Shown: positions 38,890-51,375 of the stretch, piece after piece | How the letters are laid out: every line of letters begins with the position of its first letter | Numbering within the stretch: position 1 is the stretch's first letter | Assembly (NCBI GenBank): GCA_964016885.1 | Contig: OZ024755.1 | Span: forward strand, 26,846,001-26,910,000 | Origin: Eledone cirrhosa | Lineage: Eukaryota | Length of the DNA: 64,000 nt | Direction: 5' to 3' | The notes under the pieces: generated by a model | What the model was told of the DNA's origin: nothing | Database searches by the model: none | The model's input: the letters and a program-made list of their open reading frames with translations, nothing else | Position numbers and translations under genes: made by a program

Positions 38890-40425
38890 ACATTGCCTCC
38901 AATCTTTGACCATGTTTACTTTTAGTTCCCCAGTATGTGTACTGGTGGATGGGTCATTTATTTTATGGCATATTGCCAGTCTGCTCAGTTTTGTATCATC
39001 TCCTTCTCAGTTTCTTGAGATCATTCTTTACAATCTCATCCCATGTCTTTCTAAGTCTCCCTCTTCCACAGGTTCTATCCACTTCAAGAACTCAGCACTT
39101 TTTTTTTTAATACAACTATCACTTTCCTTATGTATCACATACCCATAACAGTGCAATTGGCTTTTTAGCATTATACATTCAGTTTCACTTCTCAGCTTTT
39201 TTATCAGTTCATTTATGTCCTGTGGTTCATGTTCTATGACATTACATACCCAGTGAAACAAGCATACCTCCTTTCTGCACTCAGGTCCCATGTCTCACTA
39301 CCATATAGTATTGCAGTTCTAACACATGCATCATATAATCTGCCTTTCACTTAGAGAGAGACGCCCTTTGATGTAATAATCCCTTCAGAGGGAAAAAAGT
39401 AATTCGAATTACCTGCAGCACTTCTGACTATATCAATGCAATCATCTCTCTTGCCCATTACTTTTGATTTTTCTTATACCCAGTTAAAACATTCAGTGAA
39501 GCATACATGCATCATTTCTTTTAAGCCAATGCACATCTACAGTCAAAGACCATGTCTCGTTGCCATGTAGCATAGCAGTTTGCACACAAGCAGCATATAA
39601 TCTGCCCTTCTCTCAGAGGGAAAGACCTAAACTTCTTCCACACACAAGTGTCATATAATCTGCCCCTCTCTTAGAGAGAGAGACCTAAACTTCTTCCACC
39701 CTGTTATCACTCTGATTATAACACTTACAGTACATCCACCACTACTACTAATGAGATCATCCAGTTACCAAAAGCTTTCTACTAATTCTAGGGACATTTC
39801 TGAACATTGAGTTTATTTCTTGAATACTTTTTTTTACTGGTGACTATTTCTGTGCATCTGTCACATATGAGGTATACCTTCCCTGACTGCCGACCCTTAT
39901 GAGGAAACCATATCAAGTTTCTGGGAGATGCAGAATGTGACCCACAAAACAGAACTGGCTCTCCATGATGCAAGAGCAGTGTATGCAACCCTGCTCTCTG
40001 CAGGATCTCTTTGTTCCTAACCCGATCTTGTCAGCTGACCTTTAGAATCTTATGCAGGCACCTTTGATGAAAAGTGTTTAGATGCCTATCTGTCATGATA
40101 GTGCATTTCCATGTTTTGCAGGCATAAATGTCTGTGAGAAGCACAATGCTTGTGTATACGTGCAGCATGATGTACATGCTGATGGCTGTGTTTGACCAAA
40201 TCGAGTGCATCCGGCTTCTCGGCATTCAGCTGCAGGGAGGTTGTTAGTTCCTGCAGGTTTGTACTGTCGTCATCTAGCAAGGCGATGTCGTCAGCAAAAT
40301 CCAGGTCTTTCAGCGTTGATTTCTGTGTCCACAAGATCCCCCAACTGGCTCCGTCAGCAGTCATTTTCAATACAAAATCATCTGCCGGCAGGAACAACAA
40401 GGGAGTGACGACACAACCTTCTCAT
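38890..40425 (-). mobile_element. Cluster of degenerate RTE-type RT and 3' fragments
   Basis: LKDLDFADDIALL; FHQRCLHKILKVS; LHCYGYVIH motifs. Confidence 0.75.
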
Positions 40426-41299
40426 TTCTGTAGGGGGGGGGGGGCAGTAGGAGGGAGATGAGTATGAAATTATGGTAAGTGTGGTGGGATTTGACAGGAT
40501 GATGAGTGGTGAAGGGATGGAAGTAGTGGAGGTGGAGGACATGGATGGTTTCGTTGTTAGCACTTGAGTGGGGTTGAAACTCCCCAATGTCAGGAAGGGG
40601 AGGTATAGTGATGGAGAGAATAGCTAAGGGCTGGTTGTGGGGGGGGGGACATGGGGGGTGCATTGGAGTGAAGAGAGTAGCTACTAGGGTGTGATAGTGA
40701 GGGTATCTAGACAACAGCTAAGGAATAGAAACGTTGCCAAACAAGGGGTCAGGAGGACCCTTTGTGTCGTGGACATGACAACCTTCATAATGCTAGTGAT
40801 CTACACAATAAAAGCAGCTAGTACACACTGTAAAGTATTTGGTGTTACGAAGGGCAGCTAGCCATAGAAAGCTTTCCAGACAAGGGGTCAAGAGGAACTT
40901 TCAGTTTGTGTCAAAAGACACTTCTCCTCTACACTCGATAGAACATAAGCAAGATGCAGACCCCTCAGCCTATCTGGGAAGTCACTAGCCCCACTTCAGT
41001 ACTGACTTCTCACCTTCCCCATCTCTTACTGTTATGAGCAAATGGGGTCCCTGGTGCTGGCCACCCCACGGCCCCAGCTGACAGAATAGAGAAGGCGTTT
41101 CCTCGGAGGATGGTGAGGGAGATGTGCTGGAAGAGTCATTCCATCTCACAAGGCTCATACATGCGGCTAGTCAGCTCAGCGCCTATGGTTGGGAGTAGGG
41201 AGGTGGCCCTAGGGTCAAGGACACCAAAAGTTTCCATTGCTAGATGCCTGATCAATAAGAGATATAAAGACACCTCAAAACCTATAAATTGTAATAGAA

Positions 41300-41800
41300 A
41301 ATGTTGATTGTGTCATACCAGCAGTAGCTGGCTAGGAGTTTCTACAGAGTGTTACTTTCTAATGAGACACAGCATAGTTGTGAAAACTATCCACAGGAAG
41401 AATTGTTCTGGCAGTCATTTTAAAGACACACCAAACCTAGAATGTATCTACACCTTTAAAAATAAGGTATACTGGTTAGACATTCCAATAAAAACAGCAA
41501 TACAGTGTAAACACAACAGACCCGATATTGTTCTATGAGACAGGGAACAAAAGTCATGTAGTGTTATAGAACTCAGTTACCCAGCAAATGTGAATACTTA
41601 TGTGGAACTTATAGTACTTATATCCTATTTATAGGTTTTCATTTGATCCCATTTTTATAGGTGCACTACACTATATATCTACAGGTTTTCATAGCTTGGA
41701 AATATTGCTTTTCAAGAAAGAACAAATTCATGTCCTGGAAATTCAGTCGATTGGCGGTAGTTGTAAACATTTGCAAAATATTCAAAAAATTCCTTATTTA
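41300..41800 (+). mobile_element. Degenerate R4/Dong-like restriction-like endonuclease fragment
   Basis: YWLDIPIKTAIQCKHNRPDIVL*DREQKSCSVIELSYP (RPD motif). Confidence 0.65.
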
Positions 41801-42900
41801 ATTTACCAGGAATGAACATATGCGCACTACATGTGGGCATATGACATACACATACATACATAAAGAGTAATCATACATACACATACACACAGTAGTTGTG
41901 TAGCAAAAAGACAAGTCCACTCATAACATACACCTGGATGATACATGCATACACTAACTCATATATTTACAAATCCCTGGAATTGTATTGATTCCAACAA
42001 AAATGGTCTTTGTCACTATTAATGACTCACTTGAATTCTGCGAAGAACTTATTAAGATCTTATTGGAAGAAAGAAACGAAGAAAAAGGAAAGCAAACATA
42101 CCTGCCCACACACCTCTATAGATCTACCTACCTACCGATCGAGACCAGTAAGTTTTTGCCAACATATAACGATGGCCAAATACCAAGACAGGAATCGATG
42201 TAAAATATTTGCGATTAGATGAAGTAAATTTGTCAATATCGAAACTTGAAAGGAAAGATAGGATTTGCCAATACCAACCCCCAAAAGCCTTTAAATTAAT
42301 AGTCATAGACCTGGAGACGAACTATATATATATATCTGAATCAATATTGTAAAACAAATGAAATAAAAACGATAAGCTGTGACAAACGTCGGTAGTACAT
42401 ATACTGAAATGTTAATGATAGGAAGATAATCTCTCAATATAAGCTATCCACCTACTTTGGGGTTAATATTTTTTCGTAACCATTTCCTCTAACTATTCAC
42501 CATTTTCACCCAGTATACGCCAATGCATTTAGATTTTTCATCAATTACATACGCCTAGAGATAAAATCGCATACATTAAAAATGTACATATCAATATTTA
42601 TTAAGAACACGCCCGTAGTTGAATCTAATATTGGATGTATAATATTTGTAATTGTCAAATAAAATACTAGTCTGTTTATAATTAATTCGATATTAAAAAG
42701 ACTATCTTGTTCTGTATCAATCGGATATGTGGGATACAAGACAAGCCCTTGTATTCAACACAGCTGGTTAATTCTGTGTACGGTTAACAAGTGAAATTGA
42801 AATAAGTTGAAAAACAAACTGAACCTTGATGCAAGATATACAAGTAGATAAATCTTACAGTTCGATTGTTATTATTTTTGCTTTTAAAGAATCTACTCAC

Positions 42901-43000
42901 CTTAGAAGACATATTTTGCTGTTATCTTCAAAGTAAACAACCTGTGAGGGAAGTATAACAGATTCAACTAAGCTACGAAGGTTGTCAATTGCAATACTCC
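42901..43000 (-). other. SCYL2: Probable non-coding first exon of SCYL2 (5' limit approximate)
   Basis: Strong donor AAG|gtgagt at 42900 in apparently unique sequence; the first coding exon starts at an acceptor, so an upstream exon is required. Confidence 0.55.
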
Positions 43001-43559
43001 ATCACACCTTCCTACCGTGATGCACGCAGGCCTAAGTTTTGTTTATCTTCTTTTCGCCAAATGCCTAACATACTCTTTCCATCCCTCTCTCCATATTCAA
43101 TGATTATCTTTCTCTCTCGCTCTTACAGCATGTCACCATCCTCAGATTTACTTTCGTTTTCTTGTAGATATCTTTTGCTCAAGTTTTCGTCCCAACTACG
43201 CATTTCTTTTTTGTGGGGTGAGGGGGATTGAATGAATTTCCATTTATTAAATTTATTATATCGAAATAAATGAACATGAAATTATATATTAGCAAAATTC
43301 ACATATTTTCCTAAACAAATATGCTGACAATGATAGCTTGAAATTACAAACACAAATACCCTAGCAGTCACAATTCAACACACAAACAGATATATTACTT
43401 TAAATGAAAATATAGAACCAAAACGAAAAATAATATTGATTTAACACTAAGTGTGTCAGTCGGCTACACCACAAGGGGTGCCGAAGCTACTCTCTCATAC
43501 TTTTTGAGGTAAGCAAACACACTGGTAGCATTACCGTTCTGCTCTACGAAGGACTCACC

Positions 43560-44200
43560 CATTCCATTCACCTGGGTTAGTTTCAGACTGCACCAGGTTG
43601 CCGCTGAAGCATGTGTAGCTGCATGCGGCATCCCAGATGAGGGCTTTAATATCGCGGAACGGGAAGATAGTCATCCCATGTGGCCTTTTACCGACCCCTC
43701 GGTCCAACCCAGCCGGCTGAAGCAGGGAGGGGAAGCCTAGTATTATAATTCTGTCCTACGACTGAACTCATACAGTTTCGACAGCGAATGAAGCGGGTAA
43801 GTCATTCGTAGAGCAGGTTAAACAAGCCAGGTTAGTCAAACCGAGGAGGGTAAACTCTCCAAATATCAGTCGATTTCCGACAGGTCGAGCCCGTAGCAAT
43901 GGAGACTTCTGGTGTGCTTAGGCCTCGAACCACCTCCCTACTCACCACAGAGTTGGCTACCCGCAGGTGTGAGCCTCGCGAGCTAGAATGGTTCTTCCAG
44001 CGCATCTCCCTCACCATCCTTCGGGAAAACGCCTTCTCTGTACTGTCGGCCGGGCAGCCAGCGCGTGTGCCCCAATTTGTTCATAATAGTGAGAGATGGG
44101 GAGAGCGGGATAGACGGAGGCAGCGACAGTTAGAGTTTGGTTCTTTTGTGGTCGGACCTTGTGTCTATGTATATATTTATTTACCGCACCACATGTTACA
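43560..44200 (+). mobile_element. 3' part of an REL-type non-LTR retrotransposon (CRE-like)
   Basis: EGKLSKY...PVAMETSGVL...WFFQRISLTILRENAFSVL; related copies at about 7670-7900 (+) and 41030-41245 (-). Confidence 0.7.
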
Positions 44201-44454
44201 TACACATACACGTTGACATTTACATTTAATTTTTAAATGAAGCAACACACATTTACACTCTACTTTCTTAAAACCCTAGAACTAAAGTGAACGATGGTCT
44301 TAATAATCTTAACTAGCAACTCCCCATATATATATATAATATTAAAATATAAATATTAATAAAATAGATGTTCTTTTGATCAATTAATTTTAATCAAGGT
44401 AGTACTACCTTGATTAAATCTTAACCATTTAACATCTCAGGGTATGTCATGTAT

Positions 44455-44518
44455 CATTATATTTTGTCTGATGAGGACGTACTGTTGTACATCCGAAATA
44501 TGTATAATAAAATGAATG
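44455..44518 (+). ncRNA. Type I minimal hammerhead ribozyme, Penelope-like-element type
   Basis: CUGAUGA at 44468-74; stem II GGACGUAC/GUACAUCC with one mismatch; GAAA at 44495-98; short stem III AUA-UG-UAU; predicted AUA cleavage after 44506; stem I of 8 bp, a bulge, then 4 bp. Confidence 0.75.
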
Positions 44519-44889
44519 TAATTGATCAAAAGAACATCTATTTTACTAATATTTATATTTTAATATTAATAACTCCGGAAAATTATTTTTTCGTAGAGTG
44601 CTTCCAATCTACTGTAAAACTCATTCTTTGACATAATAATTGAATATCGTTTAACACTTTAATATATATATATATATAAAGAGAGAGAGAGAGAGGGGAG
44701 GGGGTATAAACGTTAGCCGAAAGAAATACTGAAGTTATAAACTTTATTTGTCAACATAACCGTCATCATAATATTAAAAATAAAAAGAGAAAAAAAGCAC
44801 ACAAGCAGGTAATACACACATCTAGGACCACATACAAGAAAAGGCAGGCGAAAGGTGTGGACAAACGAACCGCTGCCAGAACAAAAGAT

Positions 44890-45490
44890 GGTTTCTGATT
44901 TAGGCGCAAGGCCAACAATTTTGAAGGAAAGGGAAAGTCGATTAAATCAACCTCAGTATGTTACTTATGCTTTATTTTATCGACCCCGTAAAGAAGAAAG
45001 GCAAAGCTAACCTCGGCGGGATTTGAACTCAGAATGTAAAGGGACGTTACTTTATGCTGCAAAGCATGTTGTCCGACGCTCTACCGATTCTGCCAATCCA
45101 CTGAAATAATTGTTTCTTCTATTGGCACAAGGCCAGCAATTATTCCAGTGCATTACTGGTACTTTATTTTATCGACCCCGTAAGGATGAAACGTAAAGTT
45201 AACCTCGGTGGGATTTGAACTCAGACCATAAAGGGCCGAAAGTTTATGCTGCAAACCATAGCGTCCGACCTTCTACTGATACTTCCAATCCCCCGTCCAA
45301 CAAAATAATTGTTTCTACTTTTGGCACAAGGCCAGCAATTATCCCAGTGTATTACTGGTACTTTATTTTATCGACCCCGTAAGGATGATGGCAAAATTAA
45401 CCTCGGCGGGATTTGAACTCAGACCATAAAGGGCCGTAACTCTTTGCTGCAAAGCATGGCGTCCGACCCTCTACTGATACCCCAATCCTC
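44890..45490 (-). mobile_element. Three head-to-tail family-A SINEs
   Basis: Reverse-complement copies of the family-A sequence. Confidence 0.87.
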
Positions 45491-46055
45491 CAAAATAATG
45501 TAGTCCTGTGTACTGTCTAAAAACAAAACGGGATGATCACGGTTAGAATGTCTTTCAATGCCTATTCTATCGGTACTAAACAACAGCTTTTATACTAGAG
45601 ATGTAATGTCTTAGAATAAATACAAACAAATACTTCCTAGTTTCGCGAAGTTGTTCGTTCTTCCAGTTGCTACTTCAACAAAAGCCATGGCTAACACTGT
45701 CGTCTGATTGTAAAATTAATTTTCAATAACAAATTACAAATCTAATAAAAAAAATAAAGCAATTATTACATAATAAATTCATGTCCTCGTAAAACCGAAT
45801 AACAAAATTAAATGAGTTAAATAGAGCATTTTGCCACTCAATATGAAAATTAAGAGTAGAAACTTGGAATGTGTAACATCATGACTGGCACTGGCCGGTG
45901 TTAGTAAAAATAGTCCCGTCATTAGGTATATCGAATTAGGTGTGTTCAGATACGAGATAGATTATTTTATCTTTAGAAATAATACAATAGTAGTAAATGC
46001 ACTGGGTAATTGATGGCCTTGTGCCTAAAGTAGAAACAATTATTAATAATATTAT

Positions 46056-46116
46056 TGGCAGTTACAGGAGAATTTGAATTGAGAAGTTTTGCTATATACA
46101 TTTATTTAACGTAAAG
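46056..46116 (+). other. Possible non-coding upstream exon of gene 2
   Basis: Strong donor AAG|gtgagt at 46117; the first coding exon of gene 2 begins at an acceptor. The 5' limit is a guess. Confidence 0.3.
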
Positions 46117-46667
46117 GTGAGTTTAATTATTTCCAATTTCTATATTTTATTAAGTTTTTTTTTCTTCAATATTTATATGAAATGAGTGAAGTAGGAAGTG
46201 AAATGAGAGATAAGTGAAGTTTCAACTTTAAAGATTAAAATAAAAGAGAAAACTAATAAATAAAGAAAGAAATACATAAAGAAATAAAGAACTTTTTGAT
46301 TTGGCAATAATTAAGATTTATCTAGGCAACAAGGAAACTACAAGGGGAAACTTTTATTTTCTCAACGTCTGTATGTCTGCAGAAATTCCCACCGAGATTA
46401 ACTTTGCTTTCATCCTTACGGGGTCATTAAAATAAAGTACCAGTAATGCACTGCGGTAATTGTTGACCTTGTATCAAAAGTAAAAACAATTATTATTAAT
46501 CCTTATGGGGTCGATTAAAATAAGAACTAGTTATGCAATTTGGTCAAATTAATCGACTTTCCCCTCCCCTAAAATTGGCGACCTTGTGTCTAAATCAGAA
46601 AAGTACCAGTAATACACTGGATAATTGCTGGCCTTGTGCCAAAAGTAGAAACAATTATTAATATTAT

Positions 46668-47816
46668 TGGCATCTCTCTGACACTCTTAAAAAAGTTTTG
46701 CAACCCGAAAACTCGTTCCGTAATCGTTGGGTCGAATGTGGAACCTGTCGCATCTCTGTCTGCCTTCAATGCGCCACAGGCTTCCGGAAGATCCCAGGCC
46801 AAAATAAGAAACATCACATTGCTACGATGGATAGACTCTGAGAGATGGTCCAGCTAACAAACTGGTCCTTTCAGTGCCTGGACTGTATGCCTGCTTCTCC
46901 CATTGCTGCGGAACAACAACAAAGACCGAAGATCGTGTCTTCTACCATTGTTCCTGAACAACAACAACAAAAACCGAGGATCGTGTCTTCCTCTACCATT
47001 GTCGCTGAACAACAGCAAAAACCAACGACCGTAGCTTCTGCTACTACCCCCGTTGAAGGACTTCATCAACAACAGCAACCCATGTCTTCCTCACCCGTTA
47101 CTTTTCAACAACAACAACCGACGACTGTGTCTTCTCCTACCATGCCTGTTGAAGGAGAAGAACAACAACAAAAACCGACCGTCAATACGGAGTTTGAGGA
47201 AATACGGCAAATGATTTCCGCTTTAAGTCAAGAAATAGCGGAAATAAAATCAAGCGTTCGTGTAGAACCCCACAATGAGGGATCTTACCGGAGTGCCTTG
47301 TTAAAAAATCTCCGCGTACCTCATGTTGAACCTAGACGCATTGAAAATGCCACTGAATCTGCAAACCACGAAGTGATTGCCATTGGTGTGCCGGAAGACA
47401 TAGTTGATCTTCAGGCATTTGCTGCCAGTTCATCCAAAGACCTGGGCTGTGCTCCCGCAAAGGGTGCTCTACGCCTTGGCCGACCAGGCCCGAAACCCAG
47501 GTTAATTAGACTGTCGTTTTCAAACTCGGCTGAGGCACGTTCATACCTTGTAGCCTCTGATAAAGCTAGGCGTGAAAGTCGGATTGCTTTCCGAACACGT
47601 CCTGGTCTTCCACCTGATGTCCGCCCAAAGTTGCGTGCTGCAGCTTCCCTAAACCGCAGCTCGGCAGAACATGAAAGCTTCAGCCTACGAGATGATGGGC
47701 AGATATGGAAGTTTGTTAAGGCTGGCGAATCATGGAAAAGAGACACCAGCTGGTCTGAAAACAGTGTACCCACAACAACTGACAATAAAGAAACTGAAAA
47801 AACTCTGGGAAACTAA
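46668..47816 (+). pseudogene. CR1 ORF1: truncated PHD-like finger, Q/P/T/S repeats, coiled coil, RRM-like C-terminal domain; one in-frame TGA at 46839
   Basis: Upstream of the annotated ATG the same frame reads WVECGTCRISVCLQC...RL*EMVQLTNWSFQCLDC; later VIAIGVPE and RLGRPGPKPRLIRLSF motifs are typical of LINE ORF1. Confidence 0.85.
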
Positions 47817-50635
47817 ATCAGAACAACCTGCCATCCCCTGCACATAATCATAGACTGGAATCAAAGTACAAACTGTTGTCCTTGAATGCACGTAGTCTAT
47901 GCAATAAGATTCATCTTTTTGACTCCTATGTCAAAAGTATCAACCCGGACTTCATTACAGTCACGGAAACTTGGGCACATCCCTTACTCTGTGATGGGGT
48001 TTTCAGCATGACTGGCTACAACCTGTTTCGTAAAGACCGTATTAATCGTCGTGGTGGTGGTGTAATGGTCTACGTTCGGTCAAATCTGTCGGCAATTCCT
48101 TGTGCTGATTTGAACCAATCACAGCAGGAAGTTTTTTTCTGTGATATACGTATGACCATGTCAACACTGCTACTTGGAGTCGTTTACCGTCCCCCAAATT
48201 ACCATCAGGACACTCAACTTTGTGATATCCTCAGAGCTGCTGCCAGGAAGACAGCCACTTATGTTTTCATTGCAGGTGACTTCAATCACCCTGAGATTGA
48301 CTGGGAGACCTTTCATTGGCCGCCAAGTGCAAATGACTTCCTTGAGCTGGTGCTGGACTCGAGTTGGTCCCAGGTGGTCACCTCCCCAACGAGAGGTGAC
48401 AACACTTTGGACCTACTCTTCACCACTACTCCTGAAACGGTCATTAGTGTTACTGCTGAGGAACCTTTAGGTGACTCTGATCATGCTATGATCATTGCCA
48501 ATCTATCCCTCATGGGCAGTAACAAGAACCACAACCATCTCCAAACTGCTCACTTTGACTGGAATAAAGCAGACTGGAACTGTTACTGCACCAAGTTGCA
48601 ACGGCCAAACTGGCTTGAGTTCTATGACTCTGGAGATGTCAACACTGTACTCCAGAACATCCTGAGCTCAATATGAACAGCATGTGCAGCATCGGTGCCA
48701 CGTAAGTGGAAAAAACATCCTAAAAGCGCAATTTGGGAGACTGCAGCAGTCCGTCTTGCCAGAAAAGAACGGCGCAATGCTGAACGTGAGTACAAACTTC
48801 ACAAATCAGACATTAATAGGAAGAGGCGAAATAGATCGTCCAACCACCTCAAACAGGTGACAAAAAAGGCAGTGCTTCAATTTGAGCAGCGCATAGCAAC
48901 CAGCCCTGACAGTAAGGTGTTCTGGAAGTATGTTCACTCAAAGCAGAGGCCTCACTCTCCAGTTGGTCCTCTTCGCAATCCCCACACAAGCCAGGTTACT
49001 GACGACCCCAAGGAATGCGCAGAGCTCATTGCTGAATGCTATGCAGGCATTTTCACCATTGAAGACCAGAATGTACCATCTCCACCACCTATGACACCGG
49101 ACTCTATTACAACCATGGAATTTACACCTGCAATGCTGCGACGTCACCTAAAAAATAAACGCAACCATGCCTCTCCTGGTCTTGATGGTGTTACGTACCT
49201 GCTTCTTAAACGTGGTGGGTACTTCCTTCTACACCAGTTATCACGCTTCTTCCAATTCTGTCTGAACAACAGTGCTACTCCAGAACAGTGGAAAACTGCC
49301 AGTGTAATTCCTCTGTTCAAAAAGGGTGACCGCACATCACCTGTGAACTATCGTCCAGTCAGTCTTACTAGTTGCATCGCCAAACTGATGGAATCCTGTG
49401 TCAGAGAAACACTTTGGAACTTCTGGAGCTCTCACAGTCTTATCCGGCCCTCGCAATTTGGATTTATCCCCAACTCCAGCTGCTGTGATCAACTTATAGA
49501 GTTTCTTGAGGACATCACCCGGATCACTGATGGCGGCTCATGGGTGGATGTTGTTTACCTTGACTTTGCGAAGGCCTTCAATTCTGTGCCACACAAAAGG
49601 CTTATGGCAAAACTCTCTGCAATGGGTGTGAAGGATGATCTTTTTAACTGGTTGAAGTCCTTCATTCTCAGTCGAAGAGAGGTAGTCACGGTTCTGGGAC
49701 AGCATTCCTCACCATATGAGATGTCATCTGGTGAACCTCAGGGATCTGTTCTTGGCCCCCTTTTGTTTGTGGCATATATTAATGACATAGATGCCAACTT
49801 AAGGAATGCCACAGTACTAAAGTACGCAGACGACATCAAGCTGTACCTTGAGATAAAAAGGACAGATCCTGAACACTATAGATCTTGCTTGCAGTCTGAC
49901 CTGGACACAATGCAACAGTGGATCTCAAACTGGCAACTCAAGCTAGCTGTGGACAAGTGCACCACCATGCATTTTGGGAGTAAAAACCCAGCGTCCACAT
50001 ACTCCCTCCACAGCACTAATATCAAGAAGTCTTCCTGTGAACGTGACCTGGGCATTACGGTCAGCAGCGATTTGCGTTGGACGAGGCACGTCTCTAAAAT
50101 TGTCAAGAGGGCCGAGGGTGTCTTAGCATCACTCAGCAAGACCTTTGTCAGCCGCTCTCCAGATATCTATTTAAGGCTGTATACAGCTATGGTGCGACCA
50201 CACTTAGAATTTGCATCACCAGTCTGGAACCCCTATCTTGCTCAGGACATTGACCGCCTGGAAACTGTTCAGAGACGTGCAACCAAGCGAATACCCTCCA
50301 TCAGGCATCTACCATACTCTGAGCGCCTTGCTTCCCTGGGCATGGATTCATTGAAGCTCCGACGCCTGGCAACTGACTTGGTAAACACCCACAAAATTGT
50401 TAACCATGTTGCCAACAACAACCCTGAGTGCCTTTTCGATTTCCATGTGTCTAACACACGTGGACATGCCCACAAAGTAAGAAAACAGCACAGTTCCCAT
50501 GACTTTCGGAAACATTTTTTCACGCTCAGAGTTGCTGAAGCATGGAACAAACTACCTGCATCAGTTGTTAGCTGTCGAGACACTGCATCCTTTAAGGCCT
50601 CCATGCTTCCCGAGATCCGCCAACACTACAGCTAA
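47798..50635 (+). pseudogene. CR1 ORF2: APE endonuclease and reverse transcriptase; one in-frame TGA at 48674
   Basis: LNARS, TETW, YRPP, GDFN, LDL and SDH endonuclease motifs; NYRPVSLTS, LDFAKAF, PQGSVLGP and YADD RT motifs. ORFs 47876 and 48695 share one frame. Confidence 0.93.
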
Positions 50636-50769
50636 CACATACAAACATGTACTTCCCTGGCATTTGTGTATTATTCTATGTACTATATTGACGAGTTGTA
50701 GTGCACCTGAGCACTTTACACAATAATTTCATTATTAATATTAACGTGTATTTGATTATTGCTGTATTT

Positions 50770-50964
50770 CAGACCTGTCAACTCTCCCCGTCCGACGGGC
50801 AGAATTGCAATAGCCTTTGCGGTGGGTGAGAGATGTCTTCTCTTTTGAAAATGAGTATAACTTTTATTATGTAAAATCTCCTCATTTTGCCTCATTTTTC
50901 ATCGTTTTGGAACACTTATTTTCATGGTACTCCCCGTTTGGGTTTTTAGAAGTTGACAGGTCTG
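50770..50964. mobile_element. MITE with perfect 14-bp TIRs (CAGACCTGTCAACT)
   Basis: TIRs at both ends; no clear TSD, so the superfamily is unassigned. Confidence 0.7.
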
Positions 50965-51058
50965 ATGTTTTACAAAATTTTATCTTAAATATTTATAGTG
51001 AGTGAACAAGGAAGTGAAATGAACTGTAAGCAAAACCCGAACAACGTAAACTTTAACG

Positions 51059-51375
51059 CTGAGGTTCTGAAACTTTTGAGTCCACCGTCCCCTTCAGCGC
51101 TCCCACCCTTATTTCCAGAAAGACCTGCCTACACGCAAATTGTAAATAATATATAATTAAATTGTTAGTTGATATATAATAATTTAAATAATATATACTA
51201 TGTATAAATAAATATTATATATTTTTTATTTTACTATATATATATATATATATGTATCATTTGATATTTTATATACTATTATATCATCTCTAGCACCCCC
51301 TTAGGCCCCAGCGCCTCCCTTGACCTTCTCAACGCCCCCTTCCGACGGCGGTAGCGCCCACTTTTAGAGCCTCTG
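51059..51375. mobile_element. hAT-type MITE
   Basis: Imperfect TIRs (CTGAGGTTCTGAAA / TTTTAGAGCCTCTG) and an exact 8-bp TSD CTTTAACG at 51051-58 and 51376-83; a partial copy lies at about 30799-31033. Confidence 0.85.

Larger units (their letters stand above)
46667..50743 (+). mobile_element. CR1-clade LINE, near full length, 5'-truncated inside ORF1
   Basis: ORF1 plus APE endonuclease and RT; 3' stem-loop (gtgcacctgagcac) and short ATT tail; attattaatatta at 46654-46666 and 50731-50743 is a probable target-site duplication. Confidence 0.93.

Noticed and set aside
46839-48676. Selenocysteine or readthrough recoding of the two in-frame TGA codons
   Set aside because: No SECIS-like element was seen, and point mutation in a dead LINE copy is the simpler explanation.
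47411-50604. Antisense ORFs within the CR1 element
   Set aside because: Shadow ORFs of GC-richer coding sequence with no recognisable motifs.
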